Positions 16,042-29,161 are shown, numbered from the stretch's first letter. The stretch: DNA of 64,000 bases from Adineta vaga (GCA_021613535.1 CP075496.1:5332001-5396000), one strand, 5' to 3'. Notes: generated by a model not told the origin, from the sequence alone. Program-made: numbers and translations.

Positions 16042-16800
16042 ATGTTAGCCAAGTGTCAAATTGTACCCGCACTGGCATCAGCTGTTCATGGTGTAATTGA
16101 AGAAATTCCACATTTACCTGAATCTCCATCACCACAATTGAATCGAAGTCGTCTAGCATCTTCAACATCTTCAACAGCATCGCCAACATTAATAAATACG
16201 GATGTACGTTCAATGAATAATTTCACATCACAAATGGCTTCGAATGCAGTCACAACTTCATTATCTTCAAATCAATCCCGAACAACATCACAACTTGATG
16301 CACGTAAAGCATTCGCTTATTTTGATAAAAATGGAGATGGAAAATTAAGTATCAAAGAGTTCAAATCAGTTATGCATGATTTAGGTTATAAAACAGTTGA
16401 TAAACGTTTTATAAAACAAATCTTTGCCGAAGCGGATCGAAATGGTAATGGTCGATCATTAGGTTTCGATGAATTTGTTGAATTTCTCGAATCAAAATTA
16501 TCTATACAAACTAATTCAACACATCCAATAACAACGACGATGACTCGTCCATCATTACCACTAGAAAACAACTCTTCTTTCTTACCAAAAATGCAACTCG
16601 ATGTGGAAACATTATTTAATTGTTATGATTTAGATAAAAATGGTTATATTGAACCCAAAGAATTACGTAAAGTGATGAAACGTTTAACTGGAGAGAAACT
16701 TTCCAAACAAGACATTGAAGAAATGATAAGTATAGCCGATAAAAATGGCGATGGACTTTTAGATAAGAGTGAATTTGCACTCTTATGTAGTGCTTTCTAG
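16042..16800 (+). CDS. Calmodulin-like four-EF-hand protein with N-terminal extension
   Basis: EF loops DKNGDGKLSIKE, DRNGNGRSLGFDE, DLDKNGYIEPKE and DKNGDGLLDKSE. The CDS is intronless, with a likely 5'UTR intron at ~15158-15987. Confidence 0.9.
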   Translation: MLAKCQIVPALASAVHGVIEEIPHLPESPSPQLNRSRLASSTSSTASPTLINTDVRSMNNFTSQMASNAVTTSLSSNQSRTTSQLDARKAFAYFDKNGDGKLSIKEFKSVMHDLGYKTVDKRFIKQIFAEADRNGNGRSLGFDEFVEFLESKLSIQTNSTHPITTTMTRPSLPLENNSSFLPKMQLDVETLFNCYDLDKNGYIEPKELRKVMKRLTGEKLSKQDIEEMISIADKNGDGLLDKSEFALLCSAF

Positions 16801-18907
16801 AGAAAAAAAGAAACTAAACTAACCACAAACTAACGTATATAGATTTTTATAGAAAAAAAAGAGAAACATTCATTTCTTCATGCATACGAGCAGATAAATG
16901 AAAACTTAATTTTTATGTCATCTGTCGTTTTGTTATTCTTATTTTCTTATTTTTCTTTATTAATTGTCATCGTCCCTTGTGATAATATGTCTAATGTTTT
17001 CGAAATTTGTTCATGTTTTCATTATTTTGGTTTAGTAGAACAGTCCTTTTCTGATGTCGGATGTAATCCATCTTTTTCTTTCATTATATCAAAAATTCTC
17101 TACAACATCGAAAATCTTTTCTTCTTCTTCTCTCTTTAGTATGGAAGGTGTGGATGTGACTGTATATGTATATCACTGTTTCATATTTTTCTGTTTTTTC
17201 TTCTTCCTTTTCTTTCTTGTGATTTCTTATGAGTATTAAATAGAAAAAGAAAAATCATGCGGACATGTATTCATCTTCGAATTATCTTTCACCTATATAA
17301 AAAAAAAAGTAATTAGTAAATGTATTGAAATACGATGAGAAATTTAAGTACATTTTTGACAATATTAATAATAATATCGTTTCTATTAACGTCATATCAT
17401 CACATGTCTATATATCATGTTTATACCTCGACGAAAAATCTTTTATTCGCTTTAATTGATCATAAGACACGTTATGAAAATAAATATTTTGACATTATCG
17501 ATGAAATGTATTAGCACTTATGATAAATAATTTGGTTTGAAAGAGCAAATCAAATCTATCAATGATTCTTTTATGAAACCTCTAAAAAAAAACCACTTTT
17601 TTCTCCTTCTTTTCAACTGTCTAAAAGCATCAAAGCCCACACAAAAATATAAAGAAATTGTGTTATTATGAAAAAGAAAAATAACTATTTTTCATGTCGA
17701 ATTAAACAGATGATGAAGTATTCATATTTCTCTTTAGAAATAATAAGCTTAAGGCGAACGCCTCATGTCTAGCGAATCTATCGATATAGAAAACATGATT
17801 ATTTTCTTTTCATTTATCTAAGGAAAGAAAATTTGTCAATATTAAATAAGAAAATGATTATTTTCTATTGATTAGTAATGCAAATATTCCAATGATGAAA
17901 TTCTTATCATAGTAATGAACTTTAAGTGTTTTCATCCGTATTGAACAAGTTGATCAATTGTAAGCTAGTGAATAAGATTAGAATTAGGTCAAGCTGATTA
18001 ATAAAACAAAAACAAAAACTAGATTCTATCAAATGAAAAACAAGAATTATCCAAATGACGAAAGGTGTTTATTATGACGTAGATACGAGTAAATGTTATC
18101 GAAAGATTGACTTTAGAAAAAGAATACACAATGACATTATCATTAGATTAAAGGCTAAATAATTATTTTATATACTAATAGATATTCCGACATACTTGCC
18201 ATGTGATTTGATGTAAGAAATAAATAATATATTTCTGTCAAATAAATCTCGCATGTCGTGCTCATTTGTAGAATTGTAATTCATTGAATATATCTTTCGG
18301 TACAAAATGCACTGAATAAGATTATTAAAATGAAGAATTCTTGAGATATCATTTACATAATTGGTAACAAATTAGATATTTCTATTTCAATAAGTATAAT
18401 TAACAAGGATCTTTATATTTATGGAATGATAGTGAAATCTTTTCCAGGGAAAACAAGGATCTTTGATATTTTTTTCGGTCTCTTTGTATGTGAATAACCT
18501 CGAATGTTCTATTCATTGAGATTTAATATCGAAGAGTTGGAAAGTTTAATTGATTTGTTCTTAATCTTAAGTGCAATGTGATTATAAAGTATACAAAACA
18601 TTAATAAATTGAAATTCGTTTGATCACGATATTCAAAGAAGATTTACATAATCTTTGAGTCTATCATGAATAAAAGAAGGAGTGAAACGTGTAGAATTTT
18701 ACTAGATGATTCTTTTTTCTTGTCTAATTAATCCTTGAAGAAAAAAAAAGAACTATTTCATTGGAAGTATATCATAAGAAATAATAAACAAGATTAGATT
18801 AAGATTTAAATAAGAAGAAGACATGTTTTTTTTTGTTAATTCTATGCTAGAATACATGAAGGAAAAACAGACATATTTTGATTTTATTACAATGAAGAAA
18901 AATGAAA

Positions 18908-20091
18908 TTAATGAATGATTTCATCAATATCATTTCTCAATTCACATTTTCCATGATTAAAAGCAGAATTAATAGAATCTAATCGAAAAAGTTTAAGAAA
19001 AGGTATTAACGATTGTTTATCTTTGAATGCTGTTGCTGTTATAACGACACTTGCATTTCTTGTTGCTGATTGAAGTGTATTTAATGACCAATCAAGAAAT
19101 TTCTTTGCTAAATCTGGTAATAATTTATCAGCTAATTTTCTTGCTAAACCTACCATGTGTTTAGCAACTAATGGCCAATCACCTTTTGCTGCATTAGCAA
19201 GAATATCAAATGTTGTTAAGTCAACTAACGGAACACCAACAATAACATTTAAAAGTGTAACTGATGCACCAACTACCGATTGAATCATATTGATTACAGC
19301 AAGTTGACAATCTTGTTTTGATGCTGAACAACCAGCAAAACATGGATAAGGTTGACTTAATGGACAATGTTGCCAACAGACAGGACCTACACCATTATAT
19401 TTATTATCACATTGATCATAACATAGAGCACCATCTTGTTCATATTGATTTGAACATATCATCGGCGTACCAAATCCTCGGCCGTAACTATCACGAAGAT
19501 AAAATCGTCCGCATAAACATCCAAGATTTGTATAATTCTCAGGACATGATGAGCACGAACGTTTAAATACACCACATGTGTCATACCAAGGACAGGAACG
19601 TATAGATTTACGAACATCCATACAAGCAAAACCAAATGATGATATATTATCACATTTTTCCCAACAAATAGGACCAACACCATTATAACCATCATGACAT
19701 AGTGGATAACAGAGAAGTCCATCTTGTTCGGGTGCATGATCTGGACAAGTATGTAAAGGACGACCTACACCACGACCGTAGGATCGACGCCAACAATAAG
19801 GTTCATATGTTCGAAAGATTTCACGTAAAACACGTTCAACTGGTGCAGAGATTTCAATATCCGGAATAACTTCTGCATTCGTATCATTCGTTGAATTGAA
19901 ATATTCAAAGAAACCTGTTGTCAATTCAAGCAGTTCATCATCAATAGTCGTATTTCTAAACGAAAATAAAATAATACATAAACAAAAGATATGAACAATT
20001 TCATTGTAATTTACGTCTGATTCCATTTGTCTTCTTCCAAACTTTCTATTTGAGAAGTAAATAATATTAAAAAAAGGATATACAGGTACAT
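18908..20091 (-). CDS. Secreted cysteine-rich protein with two SYGRGxG...GxLCY..C..GYNGVGPxCW repeats
   Basis: Exon 1 (20091-20015) encodes the signal peptide MYLYILFLILFTSQIES. A GT-AG intron at 20014-19956 joins it in frame to exon 2, which runs to the stop at 18908. Confidence 0.85.
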
Positions 20092-20434
20092 AATAAGGAA
20101 ATAAAAGTGATTTATTATTTTATTTCGTAACACTCCTAGGACGAGAACTATGAATAAGTGAATCATTCAATTACGAGCATTTTTTCTTCGTTGGTCACAA
20201 CATTCATCATGTCTCGTATTTCATGCAGGTGTTACATGTCGAAAGAAAGGAAAAGAAAGGAAGGAGAAAGAGAGAGAGAGAGAAGAAGAAAAGGTCTTTG
20301 ATTAAATTTGAAATACAAAACGAAGTTGAGACACATGTTAAATCTCTTCGAATACAAAAGCAGTGTTTTATATGTTATTTGAAGATATTGTACATTGACA
20401 TAAACTTAAAGTTATCCTCTTAAATTTTACATCA

Positions 20435-21595
20435 TTAACATTCTTTCTTTTCATAATCTATCATGATTCTTTGTAAGTGATCAAGAGAGATGACCGAATT
20501 ATAACGTGAAATATTTCGTTGAAGGATTTCTTGAATCGGACCGAGAACACGTTCAAAACGTATTCGATTGATTTTAACACATTTTAAAACACCTTGAGCA
20601 ATAAGAGTTGCAGCACGTGCTCGATTACATAAAAGTGCGATTTCGCCAAAATAATCACCCGGACCAAGAGTATCGATTTCAACTGTTTCACACAATTCAT
20701 TTGCCTTTTGATAAACGATACACTTGCCCTGTATTGTTTTTAATTGAAATAGAAAACATTAGATTTCATTCAATTATTACTAAATGTACGAACCTCAACA
20801 ATGATAAAAAAATCATCACCTGAATCTCCTTGTTTAATGACAATATCACCATCTTCATATTGAACTGATTGAAGTGAATCAGCGACGGTAAAACGTTCCA
20901 TTTCATCAAGTGTTTCTAAATGAATTTATATATATTTGAAAAGATTTTTATTGAATATTACCTAAAATAGGAACTCGAATCAAAAATTCTTCATGAACCT
21001 TTCGTTTATTTATTGTTATATCCATTAAGATTTTTCGATATGTTTCACCCAGTAATCTCCAAAGTTTAACATTCGTTTTCGCTTTAATAGTCATCGATAA
21101 AGATGTACTTTGAATAAGAGCTAATTCACCAAAACATGAACATGCATGAAAACTTATAACCAATTGATCATCTGTATAAAACTGATTATTCAATTAGGAA
21201 TTTTATAAATATTCGCCGAAAATGAAAAATAGTCTCTTACATTCACTTCTCCTTCTTCAAGAATATAGAAATATTCATTTTGTTCATTTTGATCAAGAAT
21301 AATATCATTTGCTAAATATAATCGAATTGACATGGCATTGAAGATTTGAGTTCGTTCATTTTCATCTAAATGCCTAAAAATATCCAACCAGTAAAGGAAT
21401 GTTGTATTCAAATGAAATACAATACGTGAAGAGAAGATTGTTTTCAACTACTTTGGATAGTAATTTTATTATTCGAGAATCTTTTTCAATACGAAACATT
21501 TCATCAAATGATTCAAATGATGTTGACGATGAAATTGCTCCACGACGTGCTAGTCCCATGATTGGTAAATCCAAATCTTCGCTATTATTTGCCAT
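20435..21595 (-). CDS. cAMP-dependent protein kinase regulatory subunit, type I-like, atypical
   Basis: RRGAIS pseudosubstrate and two CNB domains (FGELALIQ..., [16 protein letters not shown]). C-terminus [22 protein letters not shown]. Five coding exons. Confidence 0.92.
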
Positions 21596-22267
21596 TTGTA
21601 TACAACTGTCAAAAAAAAGAAGTTAACTATTCTTTTAAATGTCGATTATTTCTTACAATAAGATGAAGAATTCTTAGAAATCAAATAGAACAACTTTATC
21701 ATTTCATATTTGCCATGAGAATACTAGCAAGAACAGAAGTGAATGAAGTAGAAAAATTCATTTAGTTTTTCAGGGAAAATCTTAAAGTTCTTCCGTAATT
21801 ACGATGTTTTTAGACATATAAGATTTTCAATAAACTTAGATAAACAACAAAATTAAAACAGCAGAAATGTTCAATAACGACATTATACGATTATAAAATC
21901 GCCTTTAATCAACAGATCAATGGAAATCAGATAACATCTGTCTGTTTCGAATGAAACGAGGAATAGAAAGTTAATTGCTTTCATTGGAAAGCTTGTCAAA
22001 CATATCAAGTATAGTTCATTTTTATAGAACATTCGTTTGCAATTCGAATATGAAACTCTTGAAGAGAAAAAAAGGACATGTTATTTGTTTTTGGTTGAAT
22101 ATCAAAATTCAATAACTATAAGATTTCTTATTCTTTTTATTAAATTCAATTGAGAAAAATCAATCAATGCGCCAAAACTAATAAGGTCTCCTGAATTGAA
22201 TCAAGGATAAGAAAACAAGATCTTCTTGTATTTTTTCTTCAGACATTTGAAAAAAAGAGCTGAAAAT

Positions 22268-24766
22268 ATGAGTACAGTCTCGATATTCGATGGCGATAAA
22301 TCGCTTGAGCATGTCCTTCCATTGAATAATTATTTATCATTTCATCGAATTGAGAATCATCAAATAAATTATCTTAATCTCAATCGATGTTTACGACAAC
22401 CTTATGTAATTGATCCGATATCGAATCCAGAAACTATTGAAGGCATTTCACTTAAGAAGAATTTTTTAATACAAATGCCAACATTTGTTTCTGATTATAC
22501 AAATTTAATCGACTTAAATGTTAGCCATAATGAATTACACAGTGCAGAATTTCTCTTAAATCAATCATGGAATGAGAAAGATTTAAAAACGAATTCAAAC
22601 GAACAATCAAAAGTAAGATAAATATGACAATCCTACAGAAATCATAAATAGTTAAAATCTGAAAAAATTCATTTTCTTTTAGTCTTCAACAAAACAAATT
22701 TCTCATCCATTTCTTCAAATAATCAATTTATCATTCAATCATATCAAAATATTACCAACAAATATCCATTATCTTCATCTTCTTCATACACTTGATCTTT
22801 CTCATAATTATTTAGAAATTCTCCCAAATAATTTCGGTTCTCTCGACCAATTGAAGATCTTATTTCTCAATCATAATTATCTCAAAACATTACCAAACAC
22901 ATTTACTCAATTAATTCATTTAGAATTCTTAAATCTATCTTCCAATCATTTTCAATCAATTGATACATTTAAAAATCTTCGAAATCTCAAAATCTTTCAT
23001 ATGAATCACAATCCTTTACAAACCTTTCCAATTCTTTTATATACTTGTTCGAATTTACAAGAAATTTCTCTATCAAATACTGATTTACATCGCATCAATG
23101 AAATAACATTCAATTATTTTGCTCAATTTTCTCAATTGAAAAAACTTGATTTATCAAAAAATAATCTTACAAATCAATTTCTTTCAACATTCGAACAATC
23201 ATTTGATTCCCTCGAAGAATTATATTTACAATTCAATCAAATCAATAATATCTTTTCTCTTCTATCACATATGCAATCATTAAAAATCTTCGATTTAAGT
23301 TCAAATTCCTTATCGAAATTTCCACAATATTTAAATAGAAAATTAGAAATTCTTCGTCTATCAAAAAATCAAATTGAACTCTTTTCCAATGATTGTATTC
23401 ATCTAAAACATCTCATTCAATTAGATTTAGATCATAATCAAATCGTTCATTTCCCTCATGAATTTTTTCAATGTCCAAATTTACAAAAATTCAACATTTC
23501 ATCGAATCCAATACGAAAACTACCTGAAATACTCTTTCAATTACGTTCATTAAATCAATTAATATTCAATAATTCAAATCTCAATGATCTCATATCGAAT
23601 AATCACTTTCAAAAATATTTCTTTCGTACATTAAATCGCTTGGATTTATCGAATAATAATCTACATACAAATTTACATCAATTGACAAGTTTAAAAGCAT
23701 TAACATATTTAGATTTAACTGGAAATCATTTAAATGAGCTCGATAGAAATTTTCGAACTATGACATGTTTAAAAATTTTGAAATTAAGTAAAAATAAATT
23801 TGAAAATTTTCCGATTTGGTTATATGAAATGGATGAGAGTACAAATCAACGATATATCGGTATGAATTCAATATAATAGATGATTAACCTTTCGAAATAA
23901 TCATATATTTCTTTATTTTAGGTGAAACTCTTTTAGAATTATATATTCACGATAATCAAATTGAATTAATTCCTGATGAAATTATTCATATGACAAGTTT
24001 ACAAACGTTGGATTTATCTAACAATAAATTTGCTCGATTTCCCGATCCATTGATTTATCTTGATCAACTTACTTGTCTGATTTATTCTCAAAAACATGGA
24101 ATTTATATCGATAAAATACCCGATGATTTTCTTCATCTATACAATTTACGAAAACTTGATTTCTCTCATAATATTTTCAATGAAATACCTCAATGTATTT
24201 ACAGTTTAACAAAACTTGAATATCTCGATATGAGTTATAATCTTCTTACTGCCGTAGAAACCGATCATTTAAAACAATTAAAACATTTAAAAATGATCAA
24301 TTTAATTGGAAATCAATTTGCTTCCTTTCCATCGATACTTTATCAAATTGAATCCATTCGTATTAATGAGAATAATTTATGTTTAGCACCGCCAAATGAT
24401 TTTCTTGAAGAGAAATATATTTCAGCAGCATCAAATCTTTTTGTTCAAATCAATGATCAATATGAGAACGAACTTTTTCGAATCTATAAACAAATCTTAA
24501 TTGAATACTTACCAAATTATGATATTGAACGTTTATTAATACGTTTGAAATTATCAGAAAATGATATAAATAAATTTCGAAAGAATTATCATCATTATGC
24601 AAAACGTGAAGAAAAAATTGAAATTTTATTACATATATGGAAACAAAAACGTGGTTCATTGGCTAATTCTGAAACTCTCTACAAACTAGCACAATTGATT
24701 GGAGATAAAACTCTTTTACAACATTTTCAAAAAGCGTATTTACTTGCAAGAAAAATCCGAATCTGA
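22268..24766 (+). CDS. LRRD1: Leucine-rich repeat and C-terminal death domain protein (LRRD1-like)
   Basis: Exons 22268-22612, 22683-23859 and 23922-24766. More than 20 LxxLxLxxN repeats, then a death-domain-like segment LLIRLKLSENDI...ILLHIWKQKRGSLANSETLYKLAQLIG. Confidence 0.75.
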
Positions 24767-24917
24767 TTTAAGACTTCAATAAATCTTTTCTTGATTAAAC
24801 AGTTAATCATTGATCTATCTGAATTGACGGAAAATAGAATGATGAATTCAAACATCATATTCTATTAGTTTACTCCATTTTCTAAATAATATTTCGATTT
24901 TGAGATAAATATGAAAC

Positions 24918-24930
24918 GTTGCTCAGCAAC
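24918..24930. promoter_or_regulatory. RFX X-box upstream of CFAP276
   Basis: Palindromic GTTGCT-C-AGCAAC about 95 bp upstream of the ATG of a ciliary gene. Confidence 0.7.
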
Positions 24931-25024
24931 CATATCAATTAACAGACTCTAATGAATAAATAATGTCTACTGTATATACAAACAATCATCAAGGAAACAT
25001 ATTTACTTGATATAATAGTATATT

Positions 25025-25458
25025 ATGAAATCTTCTCTAACAGATACATCAGTTTGGTATCGTCTTTATCAAACACCAACTCGTTCGAGTCTTCGTCAAT
25101 CTTCTAATTATTATGAAATTGATTTTCCCGTAAACGATCTAGATTTTCGTTTACGAACATGTTATGATCATGCTCAAGAAACGTTTGCATCCAAGGCACG
25201 ACTTGTTGTTCAACCGAAAACAATTTTACAAATGTAAGAGTAACATAAGACTCTCTTTATTCAAAAACTATCATCTGCATGTTTCTTAGGCAAATGAATT
25301 CTGATCAAACTACAGATAAACCATTTAATATTGTCAATAGTAATCGCAGAGAACATTTCAATGAAGCAACTAAAGGTCAACATATTGGACCAGATCATTT
25401 TGCTAATGGTAGGCATGGTTATTCACGTGTGATTGGTGGTGCCATACCAGTTGACTAA
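25025..25458 (+). CDS. CFAP276: Ciliary microtubule inner protein CFAP276 (C1orf194, DUF3695)
   Basis: Exons 25025-25233 and 25290-25458. WYRLYQTPTRSSLR...PVNDLDFRLRTCYDH and the C-terminal HGYSRVIGG match C1orf194 signature motifs. Confidence 0.8.
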
Positions 25459-25569
25459 ACATTTCGTTCTGATTATTTATTCAATATAGTCTGATTGTGA
25501 ATAAAAAAACTAATTATTTAGAAAAATATAAAAAAAAGATAATTACAAATCTATTGCAACAAATCACAT

Positions 25570-26933
25570 TTAGTTTAGAAGTTCTTGAACAACCGCATCG
25601 ATGTTTCCATCGTAAATTTCAAGATTATATTTCAATGTTTGATCATCAATATGTGGAAGCATGTCACGTAAAATGACAAGTTTTTCTGCATTTGTTTGCT
25701 TATCATCTATAAATGATGGAATATAAATTAATTGAAACTATGACATGAAATTGTATACTTGATTTATTATCATTTCTGTCGGATGAAATATTCATATCAT
25801 CGTATTGTTGAGTAAAACGATTTAAAAATCGATCCATAGTTCTGAATAAGAAGTAACAATAGAAAGTTGTTTTCAATTTTGTTTTCTTACTCTCGTCGAT
25901 CTTCTTCACGAGCTGTATCAGTCCATCCAGTTGCATCATGTTCATGATGATTGGTTGCTCTGAAGATATGTTATAGAAATACGAAGGAAAATGTTTTTAT
26001 GGAAATAGTTTCAGCCTATTACAGTCTCATTGAGTTTAATCGAGCGATTCCATCATGTTTTTCATTTTCTATCGACTAAATTTGATAAGACATCTCATAA
26101 ATTTTAACACAATTAAGAAAACATTAAATATTCGTTACTTGAAGACGAGCAGCTTGCTTTTTGGCTTCAATTTCTCTTTCTTCTTCATGTTTTTTCTTCG
26201 ATTGTTCTTGATGATTTTTTTCCTAAATTGAAACTAGAAGAGAAAAATTTAATGAAATTAAGATTCTTACTAATCGTGTAAATTTTTCTAGGCGATATTT
26301 TTCTGCTTGTCGTCGACGAACTTCCTCTTCACTCAATCTATCACCGCCTTTGCAATGAATAATATGCTCATTTTATTCACATGATCGAATATATCTCATC
26401 TTACCTAATCGATGTACTTCATGAAGATTATGCATACGTAATCGTTCCATATGTGCTTCATATTGACGTTGTTCATTTTCAGCTTGTCGTCTCATTTGTT
26501 CACGTTTTTCTGTTGCTGGAGTGAACATTTGATATCCATCTCTAAACGAATAGTTTCATATTTGATACATCATTCAAGAAAGATTTTTGAGATTTAAATG
26601 AATTTTACTTTTAAGGAAAAATGATACTACTCAAAATGTGTATTCAGTTCTTATTGATGGGCAAAATTTAAATATGAAATCAACAAACCCAACATGTGTT
26701 GTACGTTCTTGTTGATTTGTTCTATCCACTTCACGATATGGATCATTATCTTGTCTTTCGTGTCTTGGTAATTGACTATGCATCGTACCACCGCGTGCTG
26801 ATGGTCGAATACCTCGTGTCATGGATCGACTCGACGTTGATGTGGGAGCAGTAGGTCTTAGAGAGGGTCTGGTTGTCGATAGTGGTGGCCGTCGAGTCGG
26901 CGACGCTGCTGGTATGCGATTAACTCGCGACAT
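25570..26933 (-). CDS. EPSTI1-like coiled-coil protein with C-terminal CUE domain
   Basis: GYQMFTPATEKREQMRRQAENEQRQYEAH...HRLGGGDRLSEEEVRRRQ resembles the EPSTI1 core. The C-terminus LVILRDMLPHIDDQTLKYNLEIYDGNIDAVVQELL is CUE-like. Confidence 0.7.
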
Positions 26934-27126
26934 TATTTAATTCTTTTTTAGCAAAATTGTATCTAGAAGATAATATGATCTTGAATACTGATTATACATA
27001 GTTTTCTTTCTCTTCAATAAAACACAGATATTGCAAAACGAACAAACGAAGAAAAAAAAGAAAGTTATGAGAATAAATGAATCACACAAAATGAAAAGAA
27101 AAAGAAATTAGATGAAATCACTTTCT

Positions 27127-29079
27127 TCATCGCCATATTCGACATGTATTATCTTTACTGCCTAGAAGATAAAAATCGATAATAATAGTTTTAATAAATC
27201 TCAAATGTTTTCATACCTGTTATAATTGTATTTCCTTCGTAATTAAACGCGCAACTAAATATTTCATCGGTATGTCCTTCAAGTATTTGCTTACATTCAC
27301 CTGTCAATGGATCCCATATACGAGCTGTTTTATCAGCGCCTTAATTGAATAATAAATACAAATTTGTAAATTATCCATATATAATTCATTTTAAACTTAC
27401 TTGCTGTAATCAAACGATTACCTTGAGGATTGAAAGAGATCTAAGACAAAACATGAACAATGAATTTCAAAAAAGAGAAGATTATATTTGTCTTTTACTT
27501 TAGATATTTCAGCTTGATGTCCAACTAATGTTGCTATACACATATTACTCAAAGCATCATATACACGACCCGTTTTATCCGCTGATGCTGTTGCTATATA
27601 TTGACCAGTAGAATCAAAAACAACATCCAATACTTCATCATCATGACCTCTTAATGTTGCTACACATTCACCTAACGATCAAGAAGAATATGAGAACATT
27701 TAAAATGAAATGTTGTTGTTGTTATTACCTGATAATGTATCCCATAATTTACAAGTCTTATCCATACTACCAGTTACAATTCGACTACAATCCCAATTAA
27801 ATTGAGCACTACTAACTTCTGCTGTATGTCCAATCATTGTATGAATTTTACTACAAAGATAGATGATAACAAGATTAATAGTTTAAATTTCCTTATTTTC
27901 TTACTCTCCAGTGCGAACATCCCATATAGCCACTGTTCGATCAAATGAAGCTGTAATCACTTGATCACCACGCGTATTAAAACTTACAGATATGATTTCA
28001 CCCGTATGACCCTAAATAACATTCGCTATTTATATCCAAAAAATTTATTGTCAATAACATACATGTAAACTTGCTATTTCTGCACCAGAAACAATATCCC
28101 ATAATTTAGCTGTATGATCCATACTTCCAGTTACTAAAACTGTACTTTGAGGATTGAATGCTAGACATACCTAGTAATAAATAGATGTAAACATATCGTG
28201 GTTGTAGAACTTAGTTTAATACTTACTACTTCACCATTATGGCCGCGAAGTGTATGATAACATGTACCACGTTCTGTACTCCAAATACATGCTGTTTTAT
28301 CAAATGAACCTGTTGCTATTTTGTCACTAGAATATGAATAATGTCTTAGTTTAGTAAAAACGATTCATGATCTTTGATATAAAACATCTTTTCAATCAAA
28401 CTTTCAACCTACCCATATGGATTATTAAATGCGATGGCATAGACAACATTTTTATGTCCTTCAAGTGTATGCAATTCTTCACCTGATGCTGTATCCCATA
28501 CTTTACATGTTCGATCATAGGATGCAGTTATGAACCTACAGAGAAGAAAGAAAAATGATTTAACAAAAAGAATATTTTGAGATCATACATTGAACCGGAT
28601 TTATTGAATGCTACATATGTTGATGGAAGTATATGAGCACGAAGTACTTTAAATAGATAGAAACGTTTATCATCTTGTTGAGAGATTTTTTCTTGTAATC
28701 CTTGTAATAAAAAAAACAAAGAAATATTTTCATGTGATAAAACTTTTAAATTTTACTTTCAATTAATTCTTTCACTTTATCAATCTTTGTTGCCGTAATT
28801 AATGGTTCTTTTCTGACAATTTCCTCAACAACACTATTGACATCAGTGCTAAGACAAACAAAAGTAAATCTCTTTATTATCCGTTAGGACAAATAAAAAT
28901 GTATCATCTTCATCATACTCAGGTTTTAGATCAAGTAAATCAATTGATTTCGTTTTTAAGACATTACTCTGTTCATATTCCAAAATAATTCCTACGAAAA
29001 AAGAAGTGATGAAAAATATAACAAGACAAATGAATGTACCTGGAGGATAATATCGAAGAAGAAAACGTTTTAGACGCAT
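27127..29079 (-). CDS. DAW1: Dynein assembly factor with WD repeats 1 (WDR69/ODA16)
   Basis: [21 protein letters not shown]...[13 protein letters not shown]...[16 protein letters not shown]...[10 protein letters not shown], split by many short introns. Confidence 0.95.
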
Positions 29080-29147
29080 AGTGATTTTCAATAGATTATT
29101 TTATCAGATAAATGAATAGAAGAACTTTTCTTCTCAGCTGAAACTAT

Positions 29148-29161
29148 GTTACCATGGTAAA
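29148..29161. promoter_or_regulatory. RFX X-box upstream of DAW1
   Basis: GTTACC-AT-GGTAAA, one mismatch from the palindromic consensus, about 70 bp upstream of the DAW1 ATG. Confidence 0.7.

Noticed and set aside
18402-18472. Short direct repeat AACAAGGATCTTT(G)ATATTT
   Set aside because: Only two copies, a local duplication; not CRISPR-like and no element structure.
21709-21722. Weak X-box-like TTTGCCATGAGAAT between PKA-R and LRRD1
   Set aside because: Both half-sites deviate from consensus; not distinguishable from chance.
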